Of a DNA stretch of 60,065 nt, positions 26,002 to 34,521 are shown piece after piece. The position numbers and the translations under genes are program-made. How positions within the stretch are numbered: the first letter of the stretch is position 1; every line of letters begins with the position of its first letter. A model generated the notes under the pieces. The model made no database searches. It had not been told where the DNA came from and was given only the letters and a program-made list of their open reading frames with translations. Source of the DNA: a virus (taxonomy: Duplodnaviria; Caudoviricetes); IMG/VR virus record IMGVR_UViG_3300033109_000118, positions 1 to 60,065 of that record, one strand, 5' to 3'.

Positions 26002-27452
26002 CGAAGACCTCGTTTGGCACGGTAAGCCGCGGCGTCCTTGGACTTCTCCGCACTGTTTCCGCGAATCACCATCTCGCCTTCCCCTGCGCCCAGCAGCATG
26101 TACTGCAGCGCTTCACAGGGATGGCTGTAAGCGTTTTTCACCGGGTGTTCCTCATAGCGCTCGTCACCTGCCACCTTGAGGCGGCGGAACTTATAGGCGC
26201 CTTGCATGCCCTTGCGCGTCACCTTGCAGTCGGGGTGCAGCAGGAAGCCAGGCTCTCCGTCGATCATGGTGCGCAGCGGCTTGGCCACAGCTTCCGTGCG
26301 GATTGTGAAATCGTTGTTGAACGGTGCCGGCTGGGCCTGTATCCCGTTGGCCGCCAGCAGTTGAAAGACTGTTCGCTCTTCGTTGTCGCCGGCTTGGCGC
26401 TGGTCGCCAGCAGGATCGCCTGTGATACTGCCGATCTTGAATCCGTGACACTTCTCGGACAAGAATGTCTTGAGGATTCCGGCGAATCTGGCGACTCCGG
26501 TATCCGTGGTCACAACCTCGTAGCGAGAGCGCCACTGCCCATTGGCCATTCGTTGCCCGATCTTTGCCGCTGGCGTTAAGCCGAAGTCCAGGCCGATATG
26601 CAGCGGTAGACCGGGGATCAGCTCAAATGGCTTGCAGTGCACGCTGTCCACGTAGTCCGGCCAGATCGGCATGCCATCGGTGACAAAGCCGTATTCGTTG
26701 GCCAGGTTGACAGAGATCCATGCATCGGCTTTGCCCTGGGCGCCCTTGACGTAGTAGTCCTTTGGCAGGTTCTGGATGTTCTCGGCCTGCGGGTTCAACT
26801 GCCACGGTGAATCCGGGCTCTTGCGAATCAATCCGCCAGGCTGTCGCAGAAAACGCCATCCTTCAGGCCGTACCTCTTCGGCCATGCGGTAGTACCAGTG
26901 GTCTGTATCCGGTGCATTGGTGTCGCCGAAGATGCCGTACCACGTGGGTCGCACGTCCTTGGGATAGCGCCCCATGCGCAGGTCCAGCATTTCGACCACG
27001 CTGAACGGGATTTCCTTGACCTCGTTAAGCCATCCCCAAGTGGCCTGAATGCCGCGCAGCTTCTTGACGTGATCCTCGCGGTCCAGGGCCAGAAACATGA
27101 CCTCGGCCGCGACGGTCGTGCCGTCTTCAAGCCGGTACTTCATGTAGTGCGTCGGAGGCTCCAGACCGCCCTTGCTGAACTTCCCCAGGTGCTCGAAACA
27201 GTCCAGCCAATCCTTGATCGTGGTTCCGAAAAGGTCGGGATAGGTGTTTCTCACCGCAACGCCGCGCACGCGCCGCACGCCGTTACTGTCAGGCTGCTGG
27301 CCGTTGTTGATGCGAAAGCCCTTCCAGCAGCTGGCATTCGTCTTCCCGGAACCCAGCGGCCCCATCAGCATCGTGCGCTGGGCATCGCTCAGGATGTAGT
27401 CCTCCAGCACGGGGCCCTGTGGCTTGTACAGGAACTCGACTTCGGCAGCCAT
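25998..27452 (-). CDS. terL: Terminase large subunit
   Basis: Walker A GPLGSGKT, Walker B WLNE, DTN coupling motif, nuclease GLDFG and HPCEALQY. Confidence 0.93.
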   Translation of the reverse strand: MAAEVEFLYKPQGPVLEDYILSDAQRTMLMGPLGSGKTNASCWKGFRINNGQQPDSNGVRRVRGVAVRNTYPDLFGTTIKDWLDCFEHLGKFSKGGLEPPTHYMKYRLEDGTTVAAEVMFLALDREDHVKKLRGIQATWGWLNEVKEIPFSVVEMLDLRMGRYPKDVRPTWYGIFGDTNAPDTDHWYYRMAEEVRPEGWRFLRQPGGLIRKSPDSPWQLNPQAENIQNLPKDYYVKGAQGKADAWISVNLANEYGFVTDGMPIWPDYVDSVHCKPFELIPGLPLHIGLDFGLTPAAKIGQRMANGQWRSRYEVVTTDTGVARFAGILKTFLSEKCHGFKIGSITGDPAGDQRQAGDNEERTVFQLLAANGIQAQPAPFNNDFTIRTEAVAKPLRTMIDGEPGFLLHPDCKVTRKGMQGAYKFRRLKVAGDERYEEHPVKNAYSHPCEALQYMLLGAGEGEMVIRGNSAEKSKDAAAYRAKRGLR

Positions 27453-28282
27453 CAGCCTTTGCGCCCCGTCATGTCCTTGACCACAGCCGTCGGCATGGTG
27501 AGCTCAACCTTGTCGTTATAGAGCCCGAAGTGACGGAACAGGTCTTTCATGGCCGAGTCGACCGAGTGGGTCTTGATCTCGATGCCTTCCTTGCTCTGCT
27601 TGATGCCGGCCAGCAGCCGGGCAGCGGCCGGGCTCAGTTTGGCGGTGTCCTTGATGACGACGCGGCTTTCGCCTTCGCCAAAGCACTCCGGACAGTCCTT
27701 ATTCGGGTCGCGGCGCTTGTCGTAGCCGATGCCGCCCTGGGGATCGAATGTCTTGACACCAGGCTTGCCGGCCGCCACCAGTTCCTCGTTCAGTCTGGTC
27801 ACCATTTCCTCGGCGCGCTCGAACTCGGCAGCCGTGCGCTGGTACCGGTAGCCTTCGCCCCAGCAGTAGCGGCAGCAGCTGACGCGGATCTCGACCAGTT
27901 CACGGACGTCAGCCTGCACGATCGCCATGGTTTGGCGCACCACGTCGTCGGCGGTCATGCCGATGCGTTGGGATTGTTCGATCTTTGCCTGATCCAGCGC
28001 CGCCCTGACATTAGGTTTTGCAAGAAGTTTGCTTGCTTCTGTCCTGGCAGTTGTTTCCTTGGCGTTTGGCTTCACACGAAGGTATGACCTGGTGCCGTTC
28101 TTGTCGATCAGGTACTGCTCAACGAAGGCGGCTTCCAACTCCGTCAGCTTTGGTGCCGACTCTTCTGGTTCGGTTTCGACCGGCTTGGCGGTCTTGGACT
28201 TCCCCGGCTTTACTGCGCTCTGGGCTTTGGCAGCCGGTCGACAGGGTTTATTGGCGACTGGCTTCTTCTTGGCGGTGGCCAT
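27452..28282 (-). CDS. terS: Terminase small subunit with Cys-rich insertion
   Basis: FVEQYLIDKNGTRSY..ASKLL HTH pattern; CCRYC..CPEC. Confidence 0.85.
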   Translation of the reverse strand: MATAKKKPVANKPCRPAAKAQSAVKPGKSKTAKPVETEPEESAPKLTELEAAFVEQYLIDKNGTRSYLRVKPNAKETTARTEASKLLAKPNVRAALDQAKIEQSQRIGMTADDVVRQTMAIVQADVRELVEIRVSCCRYCWGEGYRYQRTAAEFERAEEMVTRLNEELVAAGKPGVKTFDPQGGIGYDKRRDPNKDCPECFGEGESRVVIKDTAKLSPAAARLLAGIKQSKEGIEIKTHSVDSAMKDLFRHFGLYNDKVELTMPTAVVKDMTGRKG

Positions 28283-28295
28283 ATCGACTCCGACG

Positions 28296-28583
28296 TCACA
28301 CCACCTTGGCGATCAGTTCCTCTTCCCGCATGACGACGACTTCTTCGCCGCCTACCGTGACGGTCTGGCCGCTGTACTTGCCGAACAGGACGCGGTCGCC
28401 TGCCTTCACGGACATCGGGATGACTTCGCCGCGTTCATTCGTACGGCCGGGGCCGGCGGCCAAGACTTCGCCCTGGGTTGGCTTCTCTTCGGCGCCGGGT
28501 GACAGCACGATGCCGGATGGCGTCTTGGTTTCGGCTTCGATCACCTTGATGATTACGCGGTCGTGCAGGGGTTGCAGGCTCAT
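28296..28583 (-). CDS. groES: Co-chaperonin GroES
   Basis: [48 protein letters not shown]; 95 aa. Confidence 0.95.
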   Translation of the reverse strand: MSLQPLHDRVIIKVIEAETKTPSGIVLSPGAEEKPTQGEVLAAGPGRTNERGEVIPMSVKAGDRVLFGKYSGQTVTVGGEEVVVMREEELIAKVV

Positions 28584-28864
28584 GGGGTCTCCGGTTGGTT
28601 CGTGAGTTTGATGGGGGCCGTGCAGGCTTCCAGGGCGGTGCGCAGCTTGATCTCGTAGCCTTCGCGGCGCTCGATCTCGGCACGGGCGGCGCGCTGATAT
28701 ACGTCCAGGGCCGGCTTCTCGGTGAACTGCTCGGTCGGCATGACGGGGCGGTCGGGCACCGTCTCCCGGCATTCCACGGGGACAGGCACATTCACGGTGG
28801 CAATGCCCGGCGTTGTGGCGCAGCCGGCCAGAGCCAAGGCGGCGGCGATCAGGATCAACTTCAT
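28580..28864 (-). CDS. o-spanin (Rz1-like lipoprotein)
   Basis: Lipobox LAGC, Pro-rich, follows the i-spanin. Confidence 0.8.
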   Translation of the reverse strand: MKLILIAAALALAGCATTPGIATVNVPVPVECRETVPDRPVMPTEQFTEKPALDVYQRAARAEIERREGYEIKLRTALEACTAPIKLTNQPETP

Positions 28865-29205
28865 GGCTTCGCCCTCCCCGTCCACCAGACATCGAGATCC
28901 GTCTGGGCGCTGGCGCAGGCATCGCCGGGTACGGCTGGCGGCGTTGTCAGGATCCGGTCGGCGGCGCGGTTGTGCTCGTCGGACTTCTTGGCGGCGGCGG
29001 CGCGCTTCGGAGCGGCATCGGCTTCTCGCTGTTTGCCCTGCTGCTGCAGCTGCTCGGTGCCTTGGCTGCATTCCTGGGCTGCGGCTTCGACGTGCTTGGC
29101 GTCTGTCTTGGCTTCCACGGCGGTGTCGCGCTGGCCCAGGTAGGCATAGCCCAGAAAGGCGTTGGCGATCAGGCTGATGGCCAGGATGATGCCCAGCGGG
29201 TTCAT
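28861..29205 (-). CDS. i-spanin (Rz-like)
   Basis: N-terminal transmembrane helix plus coiled coil, after the endolysin. Confidence 0.8.
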   Translation of the reverse strand: MNPLGIILAISLIANAFLGYAYLGQRDTAVEAKTDAKHVEAAAQECSQGTEQLQQQGKQREADAAPKRAAAAKKSDEHNRAADRILTTPPAVPGDACASAQTDLDVWWTGRAKP

Positions 29206-29651
29206 GTCTGCTCCGTGTGGTTGCAGATCGTCAGCCAGACTTCCTCGCCGCGCTTGATGGCGTCACTCACAACGAACTGCACCAGCTTCACGGCGGGCCG
29301 GCTGGTTCCACCCACGATTCCGTGGGGGTCGATCTCCATGCCAAGCAGCGGGCAGCCCTCGGTGTCCTTCTCGGTGTTGCCGGCGTGCATGCGGATGTAC
29401 TGGAAGCCAGGCACGTCATTGATGGTCAGCGTGTCGGCACCGAAGCGCCCGCTGAACTCCAGCGTCACCCGGTAGCGTCCAGCCGGGATCGCCGTGGCGC
29501 CTTTGATCTTCCAGTCGGCCACTGGCACGCCAGGTACTTCGCGCACCTCGTCTTCCAGCGTGTAGCAGAGTTGGTGTTCGTCGGCAGCAAGCAACTTGCC
29601 GAACGTCCTGGGCTGGCCAGGCGGCGTGATGCGCTGCAACAGCAGTTCCAT
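29202..29651 (-). CDS. Putative endolysin (DUF5675-like)
   Basis: YTLED..TAIPAGRY..IRMHAGNT..DTEGCPLLG; between holin and spanins. Confidence 0.75.
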   Translation of the reverse strand: MELLLQRITPPGQPRTFGKLLAADEHQLCYTLEDEVREVPGVPVADWKIKGATAIPAGRYRVTLEFSGRFGADTLTINDVPGFQYIRMHAGNTEKDTEGCPLLGMEIDPHGIVGGTSRPAVKLVQFVVSDAIKRGEEVWLTICNHTEQT

Positions 29652-29652
29652 G

Positions 29653-29889
29653 TCAGATATCCTTACGGCACGTCTTGCCGGCGGCCTGGGCCTGTTTCCG
29701 GCCTTCCTCGACGCCGCCCTGGAAGACGTCACGCATGACGGTGGTCATGCGGGCACGGCTGATCAGCATGCAGCCGCCTTCGGCTTCACACTTGGCCGCC
29801 ACTTCAGGGCTGACCTGGACTTCGGATTTCTCTTGCGCTGTGGCTACGGTAGCCAGCGAGAGGACGGCAGCGGCGAGAATCAGCTTCAT
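29653..29889 (-). CDS. Small secreted protein within the lysis cassette
   Basis: Signal peptide ending ATA-Q; CEAEGGC; AGGAG RBS. Confidence 0.6.
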   Translation of the reverse strand: MKLILAAAVLSLATVATAQEKSEVQVSPEVAAKCEAEGGCMLISRARMTTVMRDVFQGGVEEGRKQAQAAGKTCRKDI

Positions 29890-29910
29890 GGCGATCTCCT
29901 TGGACGGGAA

Positions 29911-30309
29911 TCAATCGATCCGTTTTCCTACGCCGGGGAACTTGGCCTTTCCCCACTCTTCGAACATGGTCAGGGCCCTGGCGCCCATGTGGCCTGAAAT
30001 GCCTGTCAGCGCTGCCGTCAACAGCGGTGGTGCCGACGAGAGCTCACATAGCCAGAAACAGAGCAGGCCGGCAAAGGCACTGGTCACGAGCTCGCCGATC
30101 AGGTGATGAATGCTCCATGCCGGCAACTCACCTTTGCGAACCTTTCCCCACCAGCCCACGATGCCGCCCAGCAAGGCAACACCGAGCATCAGGCCGTACT
30201 GGCTCAAGCTGTAGTCCAGCGGGTTCTTGGCCTTGGCGGATTCCTGCGCCCACACTGCCATCGGCAGCAGCAGGTGGAGGCACAAAAGCAGGGATAGGAT
30301 GATTCGCAT
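29911..30309 (-). CDS. Holin (LydA-like)
   Basis: Multiple transmembrane segments, GELVTSAFAG..GISGHMG, basic C-terminus; AGGAG RBS. Confidence 0.8.
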   Translation of the reverse strand: MRIILSLLLCLHLLLPMAVWAQESAKAKNPLDYSLSQYGLMLGVALLGGIVGWWGKVRKGELPAWSIHHLIGELVTSAFAGLLCFWLCELSSAPPLLTAALTGISGHMGARALTMFEEWGKAKFPGVGKRID

Positions 30310-30321
30310 CGTGCACTCCTG

Positions 30322-30360
30322 AATAAAAAGGCCCGTCCGGTTGGAGTCACGGACGGGCAA
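30322..30360 (-). terminator. Intrinsic terminator upstream of holin
   Basis: Minus strand GCCCGTCCG-N10-CGGACGGGC-CTTTTT. Confidence 0.7.
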
Positions 30361-30405
30361 TCTGGGCGTGGCAACTGCTTGCCTAACCAGAGGAGACAAC
30401 TGGGT
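30322..30405 (-). ncRNA. Candidate anti-Shine-Dalgarno sRNA (Betaproteobacteria toxic-sRNA-like)
   Basis: TTGTCTCCTC (30399-30390) upstream of a terminator. Confidence 0.4.
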
Positions 30406-30577
30406 GTGTGCAGCCCCATGCCTGGCGGGCCGGGAGACTCAGGGCGCGGCAGGCTTCCTTGTGCTGGACTGCGGATGTAACGATGCCACTGAGATCCGCT
30501 CTGGCTTCGCAGGGCGCCCCTCGTGGCCAGGCCCTGACGGGCGCGTGACGGCCGGGTGTGGGGTGTTGCCTGACGAA

Positions 30578-30654
30578 TGGTTGCGCAAGGTGGCTTCGAT
30601 CCACCGACATCCTGGCTATGAACCAGGTGCTCTACCGGGCTGAGCTATTGCGCG
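30578..30654 (-). tRNA. tRNA-Met(CAT), initiator-like acceptor stem
   Basis: Cloverleaf: CGCGCAA/TTGCGCA, GCTC/GAGC, CCTGG-TTCATAG-CCAGG, GGTGG-ATCGAAG-CCACC, encoded ACCA; 77 nt. Confidence 0.92.
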
Positions 30655-30883
30655 GAAATGATGCCGGTTACTCGATCCGGCGGTATTGCACCAGCGTTTC
30701 TGCCCGATGTATGCCGCAGGCGCCAGCCACCGAGCCGCAATGCTGGTGGATCGCTTAACCCTGCTCGTTGGCTCCGATCTGAGGCCGTTCCAGTTTTGAA
30801 GTCGTGGGCGATGGTTGGTCCGCCGGCGATCGGCCATCGACCCCACTATTTGAGCCGGCCACGCACCCTAATCGGATACGCGG

Positions 30884-30913
30884 AAAAGAAAAAGCCACCG
30901 CAGTGGGTGGCTT
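30884..30913 (-). terminator. tR'-like terminator of the late leader
   Basis: Minus strand AAGCCACC-CACTGC-GGTGGCTTTTTCTTTT. Confidence 0.8.
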
Positions 30914-31180
30914 GGAAATTCTCTAACCCTTCCAGCGAATTACCCAGTATTTCAGGGCGGCGTAGGGATTTCGGTCTGTACCCCCAACCTCCAGCGACTA
31001 TTTCATCGCTGGCATTCTTGGCTTTGAACTAACGCTGTAGCTCGCTGGCGCTTGAGAAATCAAGAGGCACCTGTCCCTATAGCTTCCATCGATGCCGCTA
31101 CGGGCAGGTCATCGAAGTGGTCCTAGGCGTTATGCCATTGTGCGAGGGTGACACCTTGAGCAAGGTGTACTTGACTCGGT
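30884..31180 (-). ncRNA. Candidate ~300-nt structured late-leader RNA
   Basis: Bounded by a promoter and a terminator, several stems, no credible ORF. Confidence 0.5.
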
Positions 31181-31186
31181 GCTGGA

Positions 31187-31214
31187 ATTATCGTAGCCAC
31201 ATCGGCCTTGTCAA
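31187..31214 (-). promoter_or_regulatory. pR'-like late promoter
   Basis: TTGACA (31214-31209), 16 nt, GATAAT (31192-31187); overlaps the stop of the Q-like gene. Confidence 0.7.
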
Positions 31215-31930
31215 GAGGGTGCCGTGGTTTTTTGTTTGCCGACTTGGTGCAGCCGTTGTTTCAGCGCATTGCGTGCCGTGGCAATGCAGTCGTCGATGTG
31301 GCGCAGCATGGTCCTGCTGTCCAGCTGGTACTGGGGATCGTTCTGCCGCCATGGAATCCTCGACTCACCGGTGCCACGGCATTCCTTGCAGTCACGGTGC
31401 GACTTCACCGGCGTGCCCGGGATCAGTTCTTTGCCTCGGCCTTCGCATGCCGGGCAGGTATGGTCCAGCCACCATGACAGCACTTCGCCGACGTGGTTGT
31501 CGGGATCGTCGATCTGATGCTGTTGTGCCCAGAGCAGCAGCTGCTGGCGCACGGCCGGCATGGTCTTGAGCTTCTGGAACAGGATCTTGAGCTCGTGCAT
31601 GTACCAGTCGTGGGCCTGGCGTCGGGCGGCGTCGATTGGCGATAACCGGAGTTCATCGCTGACACGTACCATGCCGTCCTTGTCGCGCGCAAGGCTGGCG
31701 GAAATCAGGTTGACGGCTTCCCGGGTAGGCCGTCGCGGTTTCTCGGCGCCATCCCATTCGCTGTGCAGGCGCATCAGGGCGGCGCCGAGCCGTGACGGGC
31801 TCCAGCCCATGGCAATCAACATGTCGGCCGGCAGCCGGCGCTCGGGGTCAACCTTGAGGTTGCTGGTGTTGGTGGCGTTGTTGTAACGCTCTTCAACGTC
31901 TGGCGGCGTGTTGCTGGGGTCGATGGTCAT
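31211..31930 (-). CDS. Late antiterminator Q-like protein
   Basis: CPACEGRG..CKECRGTG zinc finger; immediately upstream of the late promoter. Confidence 0.7.
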   Translation of the reverse strand: MTIDPSNTPPDVEERYNNATNTSNLKVDPERRLPADMLIAMGWSPSRLGAALMRLHSEWDGAEKPRRPTREAVNLISASLARDKDGMVRVSDELRLSPIDAARRQAHDWYMHELKILFQKLKTMPAVRQQLLLWAQQHQIDDPDNHVGEVLSWWLDHTCPACEGRGKELIPGTPVKSHRDCKECRGTGESRIPWRQNDPQYQLDSRTMLRHIDDCIATARNALKQRLHQVGKQKTTAPS

Positions 31931-31965
31931 GGTGTACTTTCACTATTAAATTGATAGCTGCTGGC

Positions 31966-32232
31966 TCAATATCTGCTTTGGCTTCGGCCTGATTTGTCTG
32001 CCAAAACTCGGATTCTGTTCACCTCTGCCGTGACGCGGCGCCGGACTTCCTGGGCGGCGTGCCGTCCGCACTGACTTTCGATCTGCTCGATACGCTCCTG
32101 GCGCAGTTCTGGCGGGCAGTTGGCAATGGCGCGGACGTCACAGTCCGGGCAGTGGGCGTTGTAGCCCGGCCAGGTGGCGTCGGCCAGGGCGTGGGTGCAG
32201 TCGGGGCAGGACTTGAGAGAGGCGATGGTCAT
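31966..32232 (-). CDS. Hypothetical zinc-binding protein
   Basis: CPDC..CPDC; ATGA overlap; 88 aa. Confidence 0.6.
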   Translation of the reverse strand: MTIASLKSCPDCTHALADATWPGYNAHCPDCDVRAIANCPPELRQERIEQIESQCGRHAAQEVRRRVTAEVNRIRVLADKSGRSQSRY

Positions 32233-32771
32233 TCGGCGATCTCCTGAGCTGGAATCTCCACATGGTCCGGTACCGTCAAGCGGATCTCTGCTGTCGTGCC
32301 AAGCAGCTGCAGGGCCCATTGCACGGCGTCTCGGTCGCGCAGCGCGCGCCCCGGATCGGCGGCTATCTTTCGCCACTGCAACACCTGGCGCGCGTGTGCC
32401 GTCAGGAACGTTTCCGCCTTTTCCTCGTAACTTGGCCGCTTGTCCTGGTCCAGCCAGTGGTGGCAAGCCATGCAGCCCCAGACGCTGTAGTGATCGTCCG
32501 CCTTGCGCGCGCCGGCCTTGCCGTGCACACCGAGATTCGAGTGGCATGCCACCGTGGTTTCGGTGTTCCCCATGCAGACATCAGGCACCCGCAACAGGCA
32601 GGGCATGTTCCTGGCTAGCGTGAGCAGATGCGGATTGCGGTATTCCACGGTCTTGGGCACCGTGCGGAAGACAGCTGATACCCGGGCAACGTTCGCCGGG
32701 CGCAGCAGCGCGCACAGCGGAGCGGCCGGCGGCGGCTCGTACACCTTTGGCTTGAATCCGCTGCGCTTCAT
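32229..32771 (-). CDS. DUF1364/YbcO-like HNH-fold nuclease
   Basis: CLLRVPDVC..TTVACH..KADD..GCMACH. Confidence 0.8.
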   Translation of the reverse strand: MKRSGFKPKVYEPPPAAPLCALLRPANVARVSAVFRTVPKTVEYRNPHLLTLARNMPCLLRVPDVCMGNTETTVACHSNLGVHGKAGARKADDHYSVWGCMACHHWLDQDKRPSYEEKAETFLTAHARQVLQWRKIAADPGRALRDRDAVQWALQLLGTTAEIRLTVPDHVEIPAQEIAE

Positions 32772-33229
32772 TCCTCGTCCCACCAGTTGGCTTTGCGCAT
32801 GCGTTTCGTCATGCCGTTCTCGAACATCAGGTGAGTGCCGTAGTCGTGGCACACCAGAAAGTCGGCTTTGCCCGTGCGTGTCGGGCCGGGCGGCAGCATC
32901 CCATAGTTCGTGCGCTTGAAGTCGCACAGGAAGGCCGGCATCAGGTCTGGGAACTCGCTGGGCGCCGGCTGGCGCGTTCGCTCCATGATCAGAATGGTCC
33001 CGTTCGGGCTGATCCAGCGGCAAGCTGCAAACCAGGCGGAAAACGGTGTGTCCTTCACGCGCTGCCAGGTCTCCCACTCCACGATGTTTTGAAAGCGGCC
33101 CGGTGTTTCCTCGATCTTGATCACGCAGTCCGGCAGCAGCTTGCTGGAGAAGACCTGACGACTCATGCCGAGGCCGATCTCTCGGTCGCAAAGAAGGTCG
33201 AAGGCTTGGCGATGGGCGTTTTCGCTCAT
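32768..33229 (-). CDS. Minimal protein-kinase-like protein
   Basis: IGLGMSRQVF, VIK, NIVEW, LIMER, DFKRTNYG and HDYG in kinase motif order. Confidence 0.6.
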   Translation of the reverse strand: MSENAHRQAFDLLCDREIGLGMSRQVFSSKLLPDCVIKIEETPGRFQNIVEWETWQRVKDTPFSAWFAACRWISPNGTILIMERTRQPAPSEFPDLMPAFLCDFKRTNYGMLPPGPTRTGKADFLVCHDYGTHLMFENGMTKRMRKANWWDEE

Positions 33230-33402
33230 ACGGCCTCCATAACGACTGCCAGCAACCCCATGACGATCGACGATCCAAGCCAGTAATACACGTCACCAAG
33301 AACTGGCGGGTACTGGAACAGCTTGGCGTGATCTACAGCCTTGCGGTGGGTGTTGATGCCCGCGACAAGAAACGCAATGGCGAATAAGAGGAAGGTATTC
33401 AT
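33226..33402 (-). CDS. Small membrane protein (58 aa, absent from the ORF track)
   Basis: MNTFLLFAIAFLVAG...; ATGA overlaps at both ends. Confidence 0.6.
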   Translation of the reverse strand: MNTFLLFAIAFLVAGINTHRKAVDHAKLFQYPPVLGDVYYWLGSSIVMGLLAVVMEAV

Positions 33403-33725
33403 GGCTTCGGCACCCTGAGCTGGGCAAACGCCAGCGTTCGCATGTCCTGCAAGTGGGCGTTGACGGCCGCTAGCTGGCCAACCGACATTTCTCCGGCCTC
33501 GGGACGGAAGCCCAGGTACCAGAGCTGGTCCATCAGGTGCTGGCAGGTATCGCGCCTTAGCGTGGTGGTCGCGGGGACCGCCTGCGCAAAGGCCTCTTGC
33601 GTCGGCTCGAATTCAAGCTGTTTGGCGAATGCCACTACATCGCCCTCGCCGTCCACTTGTGCAATGCGCAACTCGATGTTTTTGGAAAAACTGCCATAGC
33701 AGAGATCAACAATCGTTTTCTTCAT
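33399..33725 (-). CDS. Hypothetical protein
   Basis: Coupled ORF in the nin-like region. Confidence 0.65.
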   Translation of the reverse strand: MKKTIVDLCYGSFSKNIELRIAQVDGEGDVVAFAKQLEFEPTQEAFAQAVPATTTLRRDTCQHLMDQLWYLGFRPEAGEMSVGQLAAVNAHLQDMRTLAFAQLRVPKP

Positions 33726-34261
33726 GCCTCATGCTCCTGTTGGTTGGGAAGAATCGTTTCCACCATCTCCTCGCGCGCAGCCGGTGACAACTGCGGCCAG
33801 AGTCGACGCTGGGCGTGATCGGTGTGCAAGAACTCAACCATGGCCTCGTGGATCTCGCGCATTTCGTCGTCGCTGCAGTTCTCGTAGGCTGTGCTGGCCG
33901 GTATGAACTTCATTCGCTCACCCACCATCTGGTAAGCGCCCCACCCTGCCCCGGTCTTGAGCCAGTTGCGAAAGTGGTCTTGGTTGACGTAGCGGTCCTG
34001 GCGTTCGAAAAGGTTTTGCTCCCACTTCATGTGTCGGCGGTGGAATGGTCCGCTTCGGTCCACCACGGTGAGCAGGTGCAGAACTTCACCGGCATCGGCG
34101 CCCCACAGGCGCGCCCACAGCCTGCGCCAGCGCTTGTCGTGCCGGGCGTCCAGACCTCGGATGTTCTGGAACAGAAAACGGCTGACGATCTCGCGCTCGG
34201 CCGGCGGCAGCTGGCGAAGGGCTACGACTGGGCAAATGAGGATGCTGGAGGGCTTGGTCAT
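33722..34261 (-). CDS. DUF1367/NinB-like protein
   Basis: RS..FHRR..FRNWLK.GAG..IPAS.AY...DDE pattern. Confidence 0.6.
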   Translation of the reverse strand: MTKPSSILICPVVALRQLPPAEREIVSRFLFQNIRGLDARHDKRWRRLWARLWGADAGEVLHLLTVVDRSGPFHRRHMKWEQNLFERQDRYVNQDHFRNWLKTGAGWGAYQMVGERMKFIPASTAYENCSDDEMREIHEAMVEFLHTDHAQRRLWPQLSPAAREEMVETILPNQQEHEA

Positions 34262-34521
34262 GGCAGCATGACCTCCATCGGTGGGATGCGCTTCAACCAG
34301 CTATATCGGTATTTCCCGGTTGATGTCATACCGGATCGGCGCACGTCCTCACCGCGGCGGCGCAGTTTCATGGCTCGGCGCGCGCAAACTGTGCGGCCGA
34401 TTGCGGTGTGCATTCCGTAGATAAAGACGTCCTTCATCTCGATTTCGAGACGGCGCGAAATGCGTGCGAGTACCTTGTCGCAGCCTGCCATCTTCAGCTG
34501 GATTTCCAGAGCCGTGCTCAT
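34258..34521 (-). CDS. Hypothetical basic protein
   Basis: Start MSTALEIQ with ATGA overlaps. Confidence 0.55.
   Translation of the reverse strand: MSTALEIQLKMAGCDKVLARISRRLEIEMKDVFIYGMHTAIGRTVCARRAMKLRRRGEDVRRSGMTSTGKYRYSWLKRIPPMEVMLP

Noticed and set aside
28584-28922. N-terminal extensions in the ORF track (GroES 208 aa; likewise 32229-33299, 52335-, 58806-)
   Set aside because: They overlap real upstream genes; internal starts with RBS or ATGA coupling fit better.
31084-31116. Pseudoknot between loop CATCGA and upstream TCGATG
   Set aside because: The partner abuts the stem with no linker, so simultaneous pairing is sterically implausible; treated as an alternative fold.
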